This document shows, one piece after another, positions 9,168 to 19,603 of a stretch of 64,000 bases of DNA. A program made the translations under genes and the position numbers. The notes under the pieces are model-generated. The model saw nothing but the letters and a program-made list of their open reading frames with translations, did not search any database and was not told the DNA's origin. The first letter of the stretch is position 1, and every line of letters starts with the position of its first letter. This stretch comes from Myxococcota bacterium (GTDB lineage Bacteria > Myxococcota_A > UBA9160 > UBA4427): NCBI GenBank assembly GCA_965250285.1, contig OZ252299.1, forward strand, positions 5,088,001 through 5,152,000. Reading direction: 5' to 3'.

Positions 9168-10411
9168 CAGCCGAAGAGCTCCCGTGTCTTGTCGAGACCG
9201 ACGATCAGCTGATCGACGTCCTCGAACGTGTTGTAGAGGGAGAACGAGGCCCGCACCGTGGCCGGCACCCCGAAGCGCTTCATCAGCGGCTGGGTGCAGT
9301 GATGTCCCACGCGCACCGCGACGCCCTCCTGGTCGAGGATCGTGCCGACGTCGTGGGCGTGCACGCCGTCGAGGACGAACGAGATCACCGCCGCCTTGTC
9401 TTTGGTCGTGCCGAAGATCCGCACGCCGGGCATCGACTCGAGCGCCGCCGTCGCGCGCTCGAGCAGCTGGTGCTCCCACGCTGCGATCTGATCGAGCCCG
9501 ACGCCTTCGACCCAGTCGACGACGGCACCCAGCGCGATGGCCCCGGCGATGTCGGGCGTGCCGGCCTCGAACTTCTCGGGCACCGGCGCGTACGTCGTCT
9601 TCTCGAACGTCACCGTCTCGATCATGCCGCCGCCGCCCAGGAAGGGGGGCATCGCGTCGAGCAGCTCGCCGCGACCGTAGAGCACGCCGATGCCGGTGGG
9701 ACCGAAGAGCTTGTGCCCCGAGAATGCGTAGAAGTCGCAGCCGAGGGCTTCGACGTCGACCCGCATGTGCGGCACGGCCTGGGCGCCGTCGACCAGCACG
9801 CGGGCGCCGCGTGCCTTGGCCAGGGGGATCATCTCGTGCAGGGGCAGCACGGTGCCGAGGGTGTTCGAGACGTGGGCGACGGCGACGAGCTTCGTGCGGT
9901 CGTCGAGCGCCGAGGCGAAGCGCGCCACATCGATCGAGCCGTCTTCCTCGATCGGGACGACGACGAGCTCGATCCCCTTGCGATCGCGCAGCATCTGCCA
10001 GGGCACGATGTTCGCGTGATGCTCGAGCTCGGTGATGACGACGCGGTCGCCTGCTTCGAGGTTCTCTTCGGCCCAGGTGCGCGCGACGAGGTTGATCGCC
10101 TCGGTGGCGTTGCGCACGAAGATGCACTCGCGCGCTTCGTGGGCGCCGATCAGTGAGGCGACCTTGCCTCGCGCGTCCTCATAGCGGCGCGTCGCATCGG
10201 CCGAGAGCTGGTAGACGCCGCGATGGATGTTTGCGTAGCCCCGCGCGTAGACGTCTTCGATCGCGTCGATCACGGCCTGCGGCTTCTGCGCGCTCGCGGC
10301 CGAGTCGAGGAACGCAAGGCGTTTGCCGCGCACCTTCGTCTCGAGGATCGGGAACTGTGCCCGCACGGCGTCGACGTCGAAGGGGCCGTGAGCGAACTCT
10401 GAAGCGGTCAT
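9167..10411 (-). CDS. sufS: Cysteine desulfurase SufS
   Basis: FLDSAASAQKP, EHHANIVPW, FSGHKLFGPTGIG, FEAGTP, RVGHHC. Confidence 0.97.
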   Translation of the reverse strand: MTASEFAHGPFDVDAVRAQFPILETKVRGKRLAFLDSAASAQKPQAVIDAIEDVYARGYANIHRGVYQLSADATRRYEDARGKVASLIGAHEARECIFVRNATEAINLVARTWAEENLEAGDRVVITELEHHANIVPWQMLRDRKGIELVVVPIEEDGSIDVARFASALDDRTKLVAVAHVSNTLGTVLPLHEMIPLAKARGARVLVDGAQAVPHMRVDVEALGCDFYAFSGHKLFGPTGIGVLYGRGELLDAMPPFLGGGGMIETVTFEKTTYAPVPEKFEAGTPDIAGAIALGAVVDWVEGVGLDQIAAWEHQLLERATAALESMPGVRIFGTTKDKAAVISFVLDGVHAHDVGTILDQEGVAVRVGHHCTQPLMKRFGVPATVRASFSLYNTFEDVDQLIVGLDKTRELFG

Positions 10412-11757
10412 CGCTCGACCTCCGCGAGCGCGCCGTGCTCGGCATGCAGCTGCTCGACGAGCAGCCTGCCCGTCCACTCCTCGAGCTCGCGACCCGGCAG
10501 GCGCTCGGTGACCTCGGCCGCGAACCCCTCGGTCAAGAGCGCTCGGGCTTCGGGCTCCGAGAGGCCCCGAGCGCGCAGGAAGAAGAGCGCTTCGTCATCG
10601 AGGCGCCCCACCGTCGAGCCGTGGCTGCACTTCACGTCATCGGCCCGAATCTCGAGCTGCGGCTTCGTGTCGATCTCGGCCTGGTCGGTCACCAGCAGGT
10701 TCGGGTTCGACTGAGTGGCGTTGGTCTTCTGGGCACCGGGGCGCACGTCGACGCGCCCTCGAAACACACCGCGAGACCGGCCGCCGAGCACACCCTTGTA
10801 GAGCTCGTGGCTCTCGCAGTGCGGTGCCGCGTGCACGACCAGGGTCTGGTTCTCGAGATGCTGCTCACCGCCGCCGGTGAAGGCGCCGTCGAGCCGGGCC
10901 TCGGCGCCCGGCTCGGCGAGCTCGATCTCGAGCGCGTTTCGCACGAGGCGCCCGTCGAAGGTCAACACGTGGGAGTGGAAGAAGCTGTCGCGGGCCTGTC
11001 GTACGCGGGTGTTCGAGATGTGGAACCGCTCGCCGCCCTCGCGCTGCAAGAGCACGTGTTCGAGTCGCGCGTTCGCTTCGACCTCGATGCGGATGACCGC
11101 ATTGGTGAAGCCAGACGCCTGACCCAATCCGACGTGATCCTGGACCACGACGCACTGGCTGCCCTGCTCGGCCACGATCTCGACACGCGGGTAGCTCGCG
11201 CCGGCGGCCGCGCTCGCGACGAAGACGAGATGCAGCGGTGCGTCGACCCGGGCGTCGCGGGTGATCGTCACCAGCGCACCGTCTTCGACGAAGGCGGCGT
11301 TGAGGCACGTGAACGCGTCATCGACGTCTTCGGTATCGCCCGCCGAGAGCCAGCGCTCGAGCGCTTCATCGTCGCCGCGCACGTCGGCCAGCCGGGTGAC
11401 GCCGACGCCTTCGGGCAGCGACGCATCCGAGAGCGCCGCCTCGAAGCGACCGTCCACGAAGACCAGGCGAGGGCCGAAGGGCTGCTCGGGCAGGAACGCG
11501 GCGAGTTCGTCGCTCGAGACCTTCGAGTCGGGGGCCGCGACGCGAGAGAAGGCTTCGCCTTCGAGCGCGCGTAGGTTGGTGTAGCGCCAGTCTTCGTCCT
11601 TGCGCGTCGGAAAGCCGAGTGCGCCGAATCGCTCGATCGCTTCTCGGCGAAGCGCGCGCAGGCCATCGGCGTCGCGGCCGGCATCGCCCGTCGCGAAGGC
11701 GTCGAACTCGGCGAGATAGTGTGCCGTGATCGGCGGAGTGTCGGCGGCCGAACTCAT
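10408..11757 (-). CDS. sufD: Fe-S cluster assembly protein SufD
   Basis: [39 protein letters not shown]. Confidence 0.96.
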   Translation of the reverse strand: MSSAADTPPITAHYLAEFDAFATGDAGRDADGLRALRREAIERFGALGFPTRKDEDWRYTNLRALEGEAFSRVAAPDSKVSSDELAAFLPEQPFGPRLVFVDGRFEAALSDASLPEGVGVTRLADVRGDDEALERWLSAGDTEDVDDAFTCLNAAFVEDGALVTITRDARVDAPLHLVFVASAAAGASYPRVEIVAEQGSQCVVVQDHVGLGQASGFTNAVIRIEVEANARLEHVLLQREGGERFHISNTRVRQARDSFFHSHVLTFDGRLVRNALEIELAEPGAEARLDGAFTGGGEQHLENQTLVVHAAPHCESHELYKGVLGGRSRGVFRGRVDVRPGAQKTNATQSNPNLLVTDQAEIDTKPQLEIRADDVKCSHGSTVGRLDDEALFFLRARGLSEPEARALLTEGFAAEVTERLPGRELEEWTGRLLVEQLHAEHGALAEVER

Positions 11758-12518
11758 GCGGGGGCTCCTGCGGCGGCCTCTTCCTCGACCCATCCGTAGC
11801 CGCGTTCTTCGAGCTCGAGGGCGAGATCCTTGCCGCCGGTCTTGACGATGCGGCCGTGCGCCAGCACGTGCACCTGGTCGGGCACGATGTAGTCGAGCAG
11901 GCGCTGGTAGTGCGTAATGACGAGCATCGAGCGGTCGGGCGATCGCAGCGAGTTGACGCCGTTCGCGACGATGCGCAGCGCATCGATGTCGAGCCCCGAG
12001 TCGGTTTCGTCGAGCACGCAGAGCTTGGGCTCGAGCAGCAGCATCTGGAGCACCTCGTTGCGCTTCTTCTCGCCGCCGCTGAAGCCCTCATTGATCGAGC
12101 GGCTCATCAGGTCGGACGGCATCTCGACGAGGCTCATCTTCTCCTTCGAGAGCTGCAGGAAGTCCATGGCGTCGAGCTCGGGCAGACCTCGATGGGCCCG
12201 CACCGCGTTCACGCTGGCCTTGAGGAAGTACCGGTTGTTCACGCCCGGGATCTCGACCGGGTACTGGAAGGCGAGGAAGATGCCTTCGCGTGCGCGCACC
12301 TCGGGCTCCATCTCGGTCAGGTCCTGGCCTTCGAAGGTCACCTTGCCTTCGGTGACTTCGTAGCCCGGACGGCCGGCGAGCACGTTCGAGAGCGTGCTCT
12401 TGCCCGAGCCGTTCGGGCCCATCACGGCGTGGATCTCGCCGGGCGCGATCTCGAGGTCGATGCCCTTCAGGATCTCGGTCCCGTCGGCGGTGGCGTGGAG
12501 GTTCTCGATCTTCAACAT
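11754..12518 (-). CDS. sufC: Fe-S cluster assembly ATPase SufC
   Basis: [55 protein letters not shown]. Confidence 0.98.
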   Translation of the reverse strand: MLKIENLHATADGTEILKGIDLEIAPGEIHAVMGPNGSGKSTLSNVLAGRPGYEVTEGKVTFEGQDLTEMEPEVRAREGIFLAFQYPVEIPGVNNRYFLKASVNAVRAHRGLPELDAMDFLQLSKEKMSLVEMPSDLMSRSINEGFSGGEKKRNEVLQMLLLEPKLCVLDETDSGLDIDALRIVANGVNSLRSPDRSMLVITHYQRLLDYIVPDQVHVLAHGRIVKTGGKDLALELEERGYGWVEEEAAAGAPA

Positions 12519-12575
12519 GGTGAATCCGTTTCGCCCTGTGCGGGGTCGGGGGGGGTGGGGGGATGCGTCAGCGGG

Positions 12576-14039
12576 TCAACCGACGCTGCCTTCGAGACTG
12601 ACCGAAAGCAGATTCTGGGCCTCGACGGCGAACTCCATCGGCAGCTCGCGCAAGACCTCCTTGCAGAAGCCGTTCACGATCATCGAGACCGCATCCTCTT
12701 CGTCGATGCCGCGCTGGCGGCAATAGAACAGCTGGTCTTCGCCGATCTTCGAGGTCGTCGCTTCGTGCTCGACCGTGGCGCTGCTGTTCTCGACTTCGAG
12801 GTAGGGGAAGGTGTGCGCGCCGCACTCGTCGCCCAGCAGGAGCGAGTCGCACTGCGAGTAGTTGCGGGCGCCCTCGGCCTTCTTGCCGATGCGCACGAGG
12901 CCGCGATAGCTCTGCTCGCCCTGCCCCGCCGAGATGCCCTTCGAGATGATCGTGCTCTTCGTGTTCTTGCCGAGGTGGATCATCTTCGTACCGGTATCGG
13001 CCTGCTGCTTGTTGTTCGTCATCGCGACCGAATAGAACTCGCCCACCGAGTCGTCGCCCTGCAGGATGCAGCTCGGGTACTTCCAGGTGATCGCCGAGCC
13101 CGTCTCGACCTGGGTCCACGAGATCTTGCTGCGGTCGCCGCGGCAGGCTCCGCGCTTGGTCACGAAGTTGTAGATGCCACCCTTGCCGTCCTTGTCGCCC
13201 GGGTACCAGTTCTGGACGGTCGAGTACTTGATCTCGGCGTCGTCGAGGGCGACGAGTTCGACCACCGCGGCATGCAGCTGGTTCTCGTCGCGCATTGGCG
13301 CGGTGCAGCCTTCGAGGTAGCTGACGTAGCTCGCCTCTTCGGCGACGAGCAGGGTGCGTTCGAACTGGCCGGTGCCGGCCGAGTTGATCCGGAAGTACGT
13401 CGACAGCTCCATCGGGCAGCGCACGCCCTTGGGAATGAACGCGAAGCTGCCGTCACTGAAGACCGCGCTGTTCAGACATGCGAAGAAGTTGTCGCTGTAG
13501 GGGACGACCGAGCCGAGGTACTTCTTCACGAGCTCGGGGTGATCCTTCACTGCCTCGCTGAACGAGCAGAAGATGATGCCCTGCTTCTCGAGCTCGTCCT
13601 TGAACGTGGTGGCGACCGACACGCTGTCGAAGACCGCATCGACGGCGACCTTGACGCCCGAGAGCCGCTTCTGCTCGAGCAGCGGGATCCCGAGCTTGTC
13701 GTAGGTCGCGAGCAGCTCGGGGTCGACCTCGTCGAGGCTCTCGAGCTCTTTCTTCGGCTTCGGCGCCGAGTAGTAGATGATGTCCTGGTAGTCGATCTTG
13801 GGATAGTCGACCGCGGCCCAGGTCGGCTCGTTCTCGGTCTCGAGCATCTCGAGGAACCGGCGCAGCGCCTTCAGTCGGAAGTCGAGCAGCCACTCGGGCT
13901 CCTCCTTCTTCGCGCTGATCAGCCGAACGACGTCTTCGTTGAGCCCGGGCGGGGCCTGGTCGGCCTCGATGTCGGTCACGAAGCCGTACTTGTATTCCTG
14001 ATTCGCGAGCTGCTCGAGCTCGGCGTTCGACTCGGACAT
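12576..14039 (-). CDS. sufB: Fe-S cluster assembly protein SufB
   Basis: [45 protein letters not shown]. Confidence 0.98.
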   Translation of the reverse strand: MSESNAELEQLANQEYKYGFVTDIEADQAPPGLNEDVVRLISAKKEEPEWLLDFRLKALRRFLEMLETENEPTWAAVDYPKIDYQDIIYYSAPKPKKELESLDEVDPELLATYDKLGIPLLEQKRLSGVKVAVDAVFDSVSVATTFKDELEKQGIIFCSFSEAVKDHPELVKKYLGSVVPYSDNFFACLNSAVFSDGSFAFIPKGVRCPMELSTYFRINSAGTGQFERTLLVAEEASYVSYLEGCTAPMRDENQLHAAVVELVALDDAEIKYSTVQNWYPGDKDGKGGIYNFVTKRGACRGDRSKISWTQVETGSAITWKYPSCILQGDDSVGEFYSVAMTNNKQQADTGTKMIHLGKNTKSTIISKGISAGQGEQSYRGLVRIGKKAEGARNYSQCDSLLLGDECGAHTFPYLEVENSSATVEHEATTSKIGEDQLFYCRQRGIDEEDAVSMIVNGFCKEVLRELPMEFAVEAQNLLSVSLEGSVG

Positions 14040-14575
14040 CAGTTCATCTCCTCACCCGCGCTCGGGGCGGGGTCGTCGGCGGTGGGGACGTGGGCGCTCG
14101 AGCCCGGGATCTGGATCAGCGCGAGCGGGGCGTGCTGGGCCGAGAAGGCCGGATTCACGAGATCGGCGAGGCTGACCTCGCTGAGGGCGTTCTCGACGAC
14201 GCGGTTGATGACCTGCCACGGCGAGCGCACCGCGCAGGTGCTCTCGTGATCGCAGGCGCCCGGATCGACGGCGCACTGGGTCAGGGCGACCGGACCGTCG
14301 AGCGCCGCCACGAGCTCGGCGACGCTCAGGTCCTCGGGTCGGCGCGTCAGGGTGAAGCCGCCCTTCGCGCCCCGGTGACTCTCGAGCACGCCGCCGCGCG
14401 CGAGCTGCTTGAGCACCTTGCTGACGACGGGCAGCGGCAGGTCGACCTGGCCGGCCAGTTCACGTGCGTTCTGCGGCGGCTGCGGCTCGGCGCTCTCTCC
14501 GCGCGCGCCGCGCGCGCTCGCGAGGTGGGCGAGCAGCACGATCCCGTAGTCGGTCATGCGGCTGAGTCGGAACAT
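14039..14575 (-). CDS. Rrf2-family SUF operon regulator (IscR/SufR-like)
   Basis: [28 protein letters not shown], three Cys in [14 protein letters not shown]; first gene of the suf operon. Confidence 0.93.
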   Translation of the reverse strand: MFRLSRMTDYGIVLLAHLASARGARGESAEPQPPQNARELAGQVDLPLPVVSKVLKQLARGGVLESHRGAKGGFTLTRRPEDLSVAELVAALDGPVALTQCAVDPGACDHESTCAVRSPWQVINRVVENALSEVSLADLVNPAFSAQHAPLALIQIPGSSAHVPTADDPAPSAGEEMN

Positions 14576-14760
14576 CGTTGCCTCGTGCGCTGCGCGTCTC
14601 GAGCGGTCACCGCCGGCGTCTCGGCGTGGCCGCTCGAGCGGTAATGGGTCCGTCTGGATCGCTCGACCAGAGGCCCGAGCCGGGCGCTCTCGATCGAAGG
14701 GGGCGTCGCCGAGACCCGGGTACCCGGCGTGGCGGGCCGGGGTCTCGTGCGGCGCAGACG

Positions 14761-14810
14761 ATATCGGACCAGATTACTCCTGTAAATATCGGACCATTGC
14801 TGTACGAATT
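14761..14810. promoter_or_regulatory. Two adjacent 25-bp IscR/Rrf2-type operator boxes upstream of the suf operon
   Basis: ATATCGGACCAGATTACTCCTGTAA directly followed by ATATCGGACCATTGCTGTACGAATT; AT-rich island; GAC-N7-GTC-like spacing. Confidence 0.7.
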
Positions 14811-14896
14811 ACTCAGATGCAGCAAGTCGCCGCGAGGGATCGCGATTCGCAGAATTTCCTGCGGGGAAATCGAGCGATCGGCGCCGCGTCCGACGC

Positions 14897-16198
14897 TCAG
14901 ACGACCTCGCCGACGCCGCTCCACCGCGCGAGGGGCAGCAGCACTGGCTCGCCGTCGTGGGGCCAGTCGAGCGGGGGGGCCTGCATCTGCCCGAGCGGGC
15001 AGACCCGCGTCGCGTCCAGCGCGGCGATCGCGCCGAGCGCGGGGTGGTCGCGTGCGTCGCCGTAGCCGGCGAAGCCCACGGTCGAGAGATGGCGGGCGAC
15101 CGGCTCGACCGCTTCGGCCCAGGCCTCGAGGTCGACGGCCGGATGCACGCGGACGAATCGCCCGAGCGGGGCGCCCCGGAGCCCGGCTTCGTCCTCGAGG
15201 ATCACGCTCCAGGCGGTGTCTTCGCTCGCCAGCACGCGCACCGAACGCCCGGCGGCCGCGCGCATCGCCGCCTCGTCGCGCTCCCCCCGGATGCGTGCGC
15301 CGACGTCGGGCGAGACCGGGCCGCGCGGCATGTCGATGGCCAGCGCCTGCAGCACCTCGGCGACCCCTTCCGCGAACCGCTCGGCCGCGTGTGCTTCGCC
15401 CCCGATCACGTGGACGCAGATGGGAGACAGGCAGCCGGACTGATCCCAGAGCGCCACGTCGAGCGCGAAGTCTGCGGCGGCCTCATCGAGGGCACCGTCC
15501 CGGCAGCCGTTCGCGTCGACCACGGCGAGCGACAAGCGGTGGCCGTAGCCGACGAGGCGGTTCGCGGCACCGACGCGCGCGGCGATGTCGCGCAGGGTCG
15601 CGTCCGAACCGCTCGCGACGATGCACGGCGCGTCGAGGAATGCGTCGAGCGTCGCCGTGTCGTCGCCGTCGAAGTCGATCACCTCGAGGCACGCGCCGAT
15701 CTCGGCGTCGACGTCCCGCAGACACTCCGCGACGAGCCGCGCGCTGATCCGGTCGCGCGACGCGGTCTTGGCCAGCACCGGTGAACGCACCAGCAGCGGC
15801 GTCAGGCAGCTGACCAGCGTCGGCATGGGGATGCTGCCCGCGAGCACGACGCTCGTCTGCGCGTGAGGCCGCAGCACGCGGCCCGCGCGCAAGGAGGGCC
15901 CGAGCTCGAGATCGACGAGCGCCCGGACGGCGTCGAGATCCCACCCGGCGAGCGCGAGCTCGAGCCCGGTGGCGATGGTCGGCGCCGTGAAGCCCGTCGC
16001 CTCGGGCAGGGCCTCGACGAGCCGGGCCCCCTCGTGATGCGCCGCGCTGCGAAATCGTTCGAGCACCTGCCCGACGATCCCGACCACGTCTTCGAGCGGG
16101 CGGGCGAGCAGCGCAGTGCGTGCTTCGGCGAGCCGGCCGGTCGCTTCGTGCACGCGGTCGACGCCCGCGTCGGGCCACTCGATCGTGAGATCACCCAT
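14897..16198 (-). CDS. LuxC-family acyl-CoA/acyl-protein reductase
   Basis: VLAGSIP, ASGSDAT, GYGHRLS, catalytic-Cys motif WDQSGCLSP, RVCPLGQMQAPPLDWPHDG. Confidence 0.88.
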   Translation of the reverse strand: MGDLTIEWPDAGVDRVHEATGRLAEARTALLARPLEDVVGIVGQVLERFRSAAHHEGARLVEALPEATGFTAPTIATGLELALAGWDLDAVRALVDLELGPSLRAGRVLRPHAQTSVVLAGSIPMPTLVSCLTPLLVRSPVLAKTASRDRISARLVAECLRDVDAEIGACLEVIDFDGDDTATLDAFLDAPCIVASGSDATLRDIAARVGAANRLVGYGHRLSLAVVDANGCRDGALDEAAADFALDVALWDQSGCLSPICVHVIGGEAHAAERFAEGVAEVLQALAIDMPRGPVSPDVGARIRGERDEAAMRAAAGRSVRVLASEDTAWSVILEDEAGLRGAPLGRFVRVHPAVDLEAWAEAVEPVARHLSTVGFAGYGDARDHPALGAIAALDATRVCPLGQMQAPPLDWPHDGEPVLLPLARWSGVGEVV

Positions 16199-16366
16199 GC
16201 GGGTTCGTCTCTGCAGCTCGTCGCATCGTGCGCTCAGCCATGCGAGTTCGTCCCTGCAGCTCGTCGCATCGTGCGCTCAGCCATGCGAGTTCGTCCCTGC
16301 AGCTCGTCGCATCGTGCGCTCACCCATGCGAGTTCGTCCCTGCAGCTCGTCGCATCGTGCGCTCAC
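16195..16366. repeat. Tandem array, 4 x 43 bp, filling the luxE-luxC intergenic space
   Basis: Unit ccatgcgagttcgtccctgcagctcgtcgcatcgtgcgctca(g/c) starts at 16195, 16238, 16281, 16324; no spacers. Confidence 0.95.
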
Positions 16367-17523
16367 CCAAGGCGGGGCGCCTCGCTCGGCGCGGCGTCGA
16401 GCATCAGGTCGGCGGCGATCGAGCAGCCCCGTGCTTCGGCGCCGGGCTCTCGGCCGAGCACCTCGAAGCCACGCCCGAAGCGCCCATCATCGGTCTCCGC
16501 ATCGATCCAGCGCCCGAGGTCGGCGGTCTGGATCGCCGCGACGCTGCCCGTATTGGCCAGATCGTGAATGACGACGAGCCCGGGGGCGTCGCCTTCGACG
16601 TCGCGGCCGGTCTCGGGGTCGACGAGGCGCACGCGCGCCCACGGTGGCCCGAGCTTGCGGCGGCGGCCGACGTCGTCGACCAGCACAGAGTCGTAGAACT
16701 GGCTGCCGAGCTCGGTCATGCCGTACTGGTTGACGATCTGCGTGGGGGCGATGCCGAACGTCTCGTGCAGTGCGGAGTAGAACGTGTCGCGTGAGATCTC
16801 GCGCGAGCGGCCCTTGAAGCCGCCGGTCTCCATGATGCGCGAGCCGGGTGCGCATGCGAATCGATGACCGCGTTCGGCGCACGCATCGAGCGCATGCACG
16901 AACCCGAAGGCGGTGCCGCAGAGGGCGACCGGCTTCTGCGCATCGCCCGCGCGAGCGAGGGCGGCGATCAACCCGTCGACGTCGAGCTCACCGTCCGTCA
17001 CGTCGAAGCCGCTGTGTGCGTCGCCGACGTCGTCGATCAGGCAGCCGAACATGTGAGAGAGCGACGAGTCGTCGAGCTCGTCTGGCGAGGGCGCGAGCAC
17101 GCGCAGCGTCATCCGCTCGCGCGGGTTGCGCCCCAGGTCGGGGAAGAGCAGCTGCGCGAGCGTCGGTGCGAGCGAGGCCTCGTAGAGCGCGAGCGTGTCG
17201 AGCAGCAGGGTGCCCCGGCGTGCGCCGGCCGCCGCGCTCGTTCCGCTCGTGCGAAACACGTGGCGCGTGGCGTCGCTCGGAAAGCAACGCAGCTCGAGCT
17301 CCTTGAACGCGCCCGTTGGCACCGCGGGCACGTCGCGCCACGATGTGACGCTGCCCGGCGTCGCGCCACGGGCCTCGCAGAAGCGGCCATACGGCGCGTT
17401 GGCTTCGTACTGAAACGCGAACAGGTCGAGCGACAGCGTCTCGAAGCGCGGATCGTCGGCTCGCCACTCGGGCTCGCTCATCCAGGTGAGCAGCTCGCGT
17501 TCGATCGCTTCGCGCGTGCTCAT
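16363..17523 (-). CDS. LuxE-family acyl-protein synthetase
   Basis: LFAFQYEANAPY, FRTSGTS, SSLSHM, METGGFKGRSRE, NQYGMTELGSQFY, DLANTGS, RGCS; ATG 17523 overlaps upstream stop. Confidence 0.88.
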   Translation of the reverse strand: MSTREAIERELLTWMSEPEWRADDPRFETLSLDLFAFQYEANAPYGRFCEARGATPGSVTSWRDVPAVPTGAFKELELRCFPSDATRHVFRTSGTSAAAGARRGTLLLDTLALYEASLAPTLAQLLFPDLGRNPRERMTLRVLAPSPDELDDSSLSHMFGCLIDDVGDAHSGFDVTDGELDVDGLIAALARAGDAQKPVALCGTAFGFVHALDACAERGHRFACAPGSRIMETGGFKGRSREISRDTFYSALHETFGIAPTQIVNQYGMTELGSQFYDSVLVDDVGRRRKLGPPWARVRLVDPETGRDVEGDAPGLVVIHDLANTGSVAAIQTADLGRWIDAETDDGRFGRGFEVLGREPGAEARGCSIAADLMLDAAPSEAPRLG

Positions 17524-18836
17524 GCCGATCCCTTCGAGGCGCTGCGAATGAGTCGCGCGAGCACGTCGACGGCGAAGTCGAGCGCCGGCTCGGTGATGCA
17601 GAGTGGGGGCGTGAGCGAGAGCACGCGCCCGCCCTCGCCCGAAGGCAGCAGGATCAAACCCTGCTCGAGGGCGCGCTGGCAGACGTCGAGGGCGAGCTCG
17701 GGCGCGCTGCATTCGATGCCGATCATCAATCCGCGTCCGCGCACCTCGTGCACGCCATCGTCGCCCGCGAGGCGCGCACCGAGCTGGGCGAGCGTCGCGG
17801 TGCCGACGCGGGCAGCGTGCTCGACGAGCCCCGACGCTTGGATCACTTGCATCGAGGCGAGCGCTGCTGCGCAGCTCGCCGGGTGGCCGAGGAACGTCTG
17901 CGTGTGCAGCGCTTCGCCGGTCGACGCGGGCCAGGCTTCCATGACGCGAGCGCGCCCGAGGCAGGCCGAGATCGGCATACCCGAGGCGAGGCCCTTGCCG
18001 ACGCAGAGCAGGTCGGGCACGACGCCCTCGTGATCGCAGCCAAACCACGTGCCGGTGCGACCGAAGCCGGTGTAGATCTCGTCGGCGATCAATAGCAGGC
18101 CGCGGTCGTCGCACATCGTGCGGAGCGTGCGAAGAAAGCCGTCCGGCGGGACGCGCTCGCCGCCGCGGCCCTGCACCGGCTCGACCAGCACGGCGCCGAT
18201 CTCGCGGTGCGCATCGAGCTTGATTCGGGCGTCTTCGGCGTCGCCGAAGCGGGCGAAGACCGTCTCATGTGGCAGGCGCGCGCGGAACGGCGCGCGAAAG
18301 TCGTCCCGGTGCGTCGCATCGAGTGCGCCGAGGGCGAGGCCGTGATAGCCGCCTTCGAATGCGAGTACGCCGACGCGACCGGTCGAGAGCGCGGCGGTCT
18401 TGAGCGCCGTTTCGACCGCGTCGCTCCCCGAGGACGACAGCACGCCGCGCGCCGACTCGCCGCCGGGATAGCGAGCGCACAGCGCTTCGAGCAGCTCGAC
18501 CTTGACGGCGGACGGATGGACGTCGCCCATGCCGTGCAGCAGCTCGGCCGACTGGCGCGTGATCGCTTCGACGACGGCCGGGTGGGCGTGCCCGACGTTC
18601 GAGACGCCGAACGCGCCGCCCAGGTCGAGGAAGCGGTTGCCGTCGACATCCCACACGTTCACGCCCGACGCGCGCTGCCAGAAGATCGGCGCCGGCGGAC
18701 CGAGATGCGTGACGTTGCGGCTCTCGACGGCAGCGAGCCGCTGCGCAAGCGCCTCTGAACGAGGGCCGGGAATGGCCGTCACGAGGTCGGGCAGCAGCGG
18801 TTCGGGCCACCGAGGGCTGGGGTCGGGGGTCGACAT
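17520..18836 (-). CDS. Class III PLP aminotransferase (GabT/ArgD-like)
   Basis: WDVDGNRFLD, SGSDAVE, FEGGYHG, EPVQGRGG, LIADEIYTGFGRTG, GKGLASG, HTQTFLGHP. Confidence 0.93.
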   Translation of the reverse strand: MSTPDPSPRWPEPLLPDLVTAIPGPRSEALAQRLAAVESRNVTHLGPPAPIFWQRASGVNVWDVDGNRFLDLGGAFGVSNVGHAHPAVVEAITRQSAELLHGMGDVHPSAVKVELLEALCARYPGGESARGVLSSSGSDAVETALKTAALSTGRVGVLAFEGGYHGLALGALDATHRDDFRAPFRARLPHETVFARFGDAEDARIKLDAHREIGAVLVEPVQGRGGERVPPDGFLRTLRTMCDDRGLLLIADEIYTGFGRTGTWFGCDHEGVVPDLLCVGKGLASGMPISACLGRARVMEAWPASTGEALHTQTFLGHPASCAAALASMQVIQASGLVEHAARVGTATLAQLGARLAGDDGVHEVRGRGLMIGIECSAPELALDVCQRALEQGLILLPSGEGGRVLSLTPPLCITEPALDFAVDVLARLIRSASKGSA

Positions 18837-18964
18837 GGCGTTCGAGTGTAGCCGTGGCGGCTCGCGGCCTTGGGGTGCCGCGTTCCGGCGCGCTGGCGGG
18901 CCGGGCTAGAGTGGGTTGCGTGCATCGGCCGACGCACGCGCGCCGCCATTGAGAGAAGGAAGGA

Positions 18965-19480
18965 ATGAAGGCCTGCATCGGGCTCGGGTCGAACCTCGGC
19001 GATCGCCTCGCGATGCTGCGCGCCGCGCGCGAGGCGCTCGACGGCGCCGCGCGCATGCGGGTGCTCCGAGCGTCGCGCGTGTACGAGACCGCGCCGGTCG
19101 GCCCGGGGGACCAGGGGCCCTACTTGAATGCGGCGCTGCTCATCGAGACCGAGTGGCCGCCCCGCGCGCTCCTCGGACGCCTCCTCGAGATCGAGCGCGG
19201 CCTGGGCCGCGATCGCAGCGCCGCCGCGGTGCGCTGGGGGCCGCGCACGATCGATCTCGATCTGCTCCTCGCCGGCGACCTCAGCATCGAAGAGCCGGGG
19301 CTCGAGTTGCCCCACCCGAGGCTGCACGAGCGGGCGTTCGTGCTCGTGCCCCTGGCCGAGGTCGCGCCGGAGGCACGTCATCCCGGTCTCGGGGTTCGCA
19401 TCGACGAGCTGGCCGCGCGGGCGCCCGGGCTGGATCAGATCGCGTGCCTCGAGACGGTGGGCACCGCCGACTGGCTCTGA
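18965..19480 (+). CDS. folK: 2-amino-4-hydroxy-6-hydroxymethyldihydropteridine diphosphokinase
   Basis: IGLGSNLGDR, YETAPVG, RWGPRTIDLDLL, LPHPRLHERAFVLVPL. Confidence 0.97.
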   Translation: MKACIGLGSNLGDRLAMLRAAREALDGAARMRVLRASRVYETAPVGPGDQGPYLNAALLIETEWPPRALLGRLLEIERGLGRDRSAAAVRWGPRTIDLDLLLAGDLSIEEPGLELPHPRLHERAFVLVPLAEVAPEARHPGLGVRIDELAARAPGLDQIACLETVGTADWL

Positions 19481-19603
19481 GCGCCCGCGACGCGACCTTT
19501 GTCGAGATTCATGATCCCTCGGCGGGGTTTCTTGCATCGAACTCCGCAGCCTGGTAATCAGGAATTTCCGGGTCACCCTCCCCAGAATCCCCTGGAGCGC
19601 GCC

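Noticed and set aside
16195..16366. CRISPR array interpretation of the 43-bp repeats (also 21059-21193 and 34686-34913)
   Set aside because: Units are head-to-tail with no unique spacers, and no cas genes are present in the window
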